A stretch of 64,000 nt of DNA, taken from NCBI GenBank assembly GCA_950097015.1, contig CATNEN010000002.1, positions 6,634,001 to 6,698,000 of the forward strand, given 5' to 3'. The translations under genes and the position numbers were made by a program. Position 1 is the stretch's first letter. Each line of letters starts with the position of its first letter. The notes beneath the pieces were generated by a model. It was not told where the DNA came from. It made no database searches and saw nothing but the letters and a program-made list of their open reading frames with translations. The DNA is from Macrostomum hystrix. Its lineage: Eukaryota > Animalia > Platyhelminthes. Shown piece after piece: positions 61,000 to 64,000 of this stretch.

Positions 61000-61200
61000 A
61001 TTTCAGATTCCTGAATTTCAGATTCCCGAATTTCAGATTCTCCGAATTTCAGATTCTCCGAATTTCATACTCGCCAAATTTCTGATTCCCGATTTTTCTT
61101 GTATTCAGATTTTTGAGCTTTCTAAATTCTTTGAAGGACTTGGAAGACTATTTATCGAGTTTTCTGAGGCTCCGATTTTTTCGGATTCCCGCTCGGCCAG
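61000..61200. repeat. Degenerate CAGATTCCCGAATTT repeat
   Basis: Several 15-16 bp copies that degrade rightwards. Confidence 0.7.
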
Positions 61201-61668
61201 ATTCCTGCCTCGACTAGATACTGAGATTCTGATTTCTGATTTAAGACAGGGGCTCACGAAGGCCCCTGTCCATCACCCACCAGCTGGCATTCTCTGTCCC
61301 CTGAGGAAACGGACTCACCGATTGCCCCAACCGAAGCTCAAGCCTTTTCACTATCGTGCTCTCTGGTGTTCTCATGCATCCGTTCATCTACAGACGCTGC
61401 GCGCGCCCAGGCATTCTTCCCTCATTCTGTCTCCATTTTCATCCCCCTTGCATTTAGTCAGCTCTTGGGAAGAATATACCAGCGTGGGATTCGCAGATCA
61501 ATGATTTTTTCAGAGAGAAATTTTTTAGACTGACACAGCTATTGGGAAGGGAGAGATGGGAAGGGAGACGGGGGGGCAGATGGCCCGGTGCCAGGGATTC
61601 GCAATTGCCATCGCAAATCGAGCAGCAATCTGAGGGGATACACTCGCCTCATATAGCGGCAACTAGCC

Positions 61669-62313
61669 TGCTGCTGCTGCTGATGCTGATGCTGCTGCTG
61701 CTGATGCTGATGCTGCTGCTGCTGATGCTGATGCTGATGCTGATGCTGCTGATGCTGATGCTGCTGCTGATGATGCTGATGCTGATGCTGATGCTGATGC
61801 TGATGCTGATGCTGCTGATGCTGATGCTGCTGCTGATGATGCTGATGCTGATGCTGATGCTGATGCTGATGCTGATGCTGATGCTGATGCTGATGCTGAT
61901 GCTGATGCTGATGCTGATGCTGATGCTGATGCTGATGCTGCTGCTGATGCTGATGCTGATGCTGATGCTGATGCTGATGCTGATGCTGATGCTGATGCTG
62001 ATGCTGATGCTGATGCTGATGCTGATGCTGATGCTGATGCTGATGCTGATGCTGATGCTGATGCTGATGCTGATGCTGATGCTGCTGCTGATGCTGATGC
62101 TGATGCTGATGCTGATGCTGATGCTGATGCTGATGCTGATGCTGATGCTGATGCTGATGCTGATGCTGATGCTGATGCTGATGCTGATGCTGATGCTGAT
62201 GCTGATGCTGATGCTGCTGCTGATGCTGATGCTGATGCTGATGCTGATGCTGATGCTGATGCTGATGCTGATGCTGATGCTGATGCTGATGCTGATGCTG
62301 ATGCTGATGCTGA
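61669..62313. repeat. (GCTGAT)n/(GCT)n microsatellite
   Basis: Direct reading; poly-HQ/ML/AS/SI ORFs are its translations. Confidence 0.97.
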
Positions 62314-62328
62314 GGGTAGAAGCAACTA

Positions 62329-62700
62329 GGAGGTGAATGGCGAAGCGCTCTAACGCGGTTGCCTCTCGCACCGAGGTTCCTGAGCTCGATTCCGCGGCGA
62401 GGCCACAATTATTTGTGGTGTAGCCGCGAAGACAATGCTTGGGGGCTTTTCGTGCAATTTACACCCTTGAGGGCCAACCTCCAAGGCAAAGTGAGAGTGT
62501 ACACTGACTAACGATGAGAAAGTCAGGGCAGATGTACACACCTGTGTGAGTGTATGCCTGCGTACGGTATCTGTGTGCGTGTGTGCTCATGAGTCAGCGA
62601 AACGGGCAGAATTGCCTCCTCGCTGGCTACAGGTCTAGTGTCACCAAATAATGTGCCATTGCCCGCAGCCGTCCTGCAATTATTATTATTATTATTATCA
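62329..62700 (+). mobile_element. tRNA-derived SINE, apparently full length
   Basis: A-box-like TGGCGAAGCGC (62338-62348), B-box-like AGCTCGATTCC (62383-62393) at tRNA spacing, ~280-bp body shared with other copies, (ATT)n tail at 62678-62700. Confidence 0.72.
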
Positions 62701-63803
62701 TTCAGCTTGTGCTGCTGCTGAGACCTTCTGCTGCGGCGGCTGCTGCCGTTGCTGCTGCTGCTGAGGCTGCTGCTGCTATTGGATGGAATCGCCTGTCGCC
62801 AAAAAGTCCATAACTCGGACTATTACGGCGTAAGGCCTGTGAATTTGGAATTCTTCATCAATCAACTGGCCCCGAAACGCAATTTCAGATGATAGCAAAT
62901 TTCCAGCCGGCTGGCAGATTGTCCGGCGCCTGCTCTTTTGGGACAAGCGAGATTAATGAATTGGAAAACTGGCCGGGCGTGCGAAAGTGCGAAAACTTTG
63001 ATCCTCCCGAGAGGGAAGGCTGATTGAACTTTTTCCCCTCATCCGCGGAAGGGAAACTTGTTGACCGTGCGAGTTATGAAGGCCATTGGTGCCACGACAG
63101 TCGACCGAGGCGGTGTCTATCTAATCTCGCTAATGAGACGGGCCGAGAGGGCGTTAGCAATTAAAACGAAGCCAGTAGTCTGAGTTGCCAGGTGGGGGAG
63201 GCTCATGGTCTCTTGACCGAACCGAATCTAATTTTTCTTTCAATTTCTTATTTGAGCCCCTGGCTAAGCTGGCTAATTAGCGAGCCTGAGAATCGAAAGT
63301 TTGAGCACACCTCCGCCCTGTACAGTCTCCGATCTGAGCTCGGTGAAGCTTATCAGGTGCGGGGCTCGTGTCTCTTGCTTGGCATCATCGGAGATAAAAG
63401 TGAAGGCAGCTCAAATTTAATTGGTTGTCTTTCTTTGGCTAAGCTGTCACGTGACACAACGCACGGCTTGCTTAATCAGCTTTGATCTGGGTGGAATGAT
63501 AGCGCTCAGGTGTAATATGAAAGCAGCTGAGCTTGTCTCTCCGCTAGCATCGGGTTACAGGTAGATTTTCTTTCATTTTCTCTCCTCCATCGTGTCCTTT
63601 GTGTACCGATGCGTGCGGAGTCCTGCACTTTTGATGAAAAATATTACCCGACAATGACCCCGGGCTTGAGAAAGCAAATGTAATCGAGTAGAAGCAGGCG
63701 GTAATACAGAAGAATTATGGTTTATGATTTCGAATCGAGTTCAGCATCATTTTTTGAGTCAATAATAATATTAATAATTTGTATTTAAAATTTATTTTAG
63801 AAG

Positions 63804-64000
63804 GGCTGCGGGCAATGGCACATTATTTGGTGACACTAGACCTGTAGCCAGCGAGGAGGCAATTCTGCCCGTTTCGCTGACTCATGAGCACACACGCACA
63901 CAGATACCGTACGCAGGCATACACTCACACAGGTGTGTACATCTGCCCTGACTTTCTCATTGTCGGTCAGAGTACACTCTCAATGTGCCTTGGAGGTTGG
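63804..64000 (-). mobile_element. Second SINE copy, inverted relative to 62329-62700, running off the window edge
   Basis: Reverse complement of 62474-62670; inner ~150 bp identical, ~6 mismatches in the outer ~45 bp. Confidence 0.85.

Noticed and set aside
62329-62405. Functional tRNA gene
   Set aside because: Acceptor and anticodon stems do not pair, the B box is altered, and it continues into a multi-copy body, so it was called a SINE

Overview
Repeat-rich animal (invertebrate) genomic DNA. The style (GC-rich spliced exons with CAG tracts, very dense minisatellites) resembles a free-living flatworm such as Macrostomum, but that is inference only. About a third of the window (hand estimate ~22 kb) is tandem repeat, and most long ORFs in the supplied track are read-throughs of these arrays. 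Host genes: (1) a two-exon class A peptide-receptor-like GPCR (+, 4621-8056); (2) a seven-exon FAM13-type RhoGAP (-, 40719 to 20069, ~962 aa as reconstructed) whose last exon lies 12.3 kb downstream and is absent from the ORF track; (3) a single-exon Tctex-1-domain dynein light chain (-, 46529-45921) with an RFX X-box upstream; (4) a candidate secreted/membrane-anchored Cys-rich protein (+, 53329-55957) whose middle exon has a GG instead of AG acceptor. Mobile elements: an intact BEL/Pao LTR retrotransposon (20537-27652; identical 325-bp LTRs, GTAGA TSD) antisense in the last FAM13 intron; a disabled Penelope-like RT/GIY-YIG element bracketed by GATA repeats; a tRNA-derived SINE family (4 copies, two forming an inverted pair); a 605-bp MITE with an 8-bp TSD; and a LINE RNase H remnant. 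I found no convincing novel multi-gene system. The most unusual signals are the shared period and core motifs among neighbouring minisatellites and the non-canonical acceptor gene.
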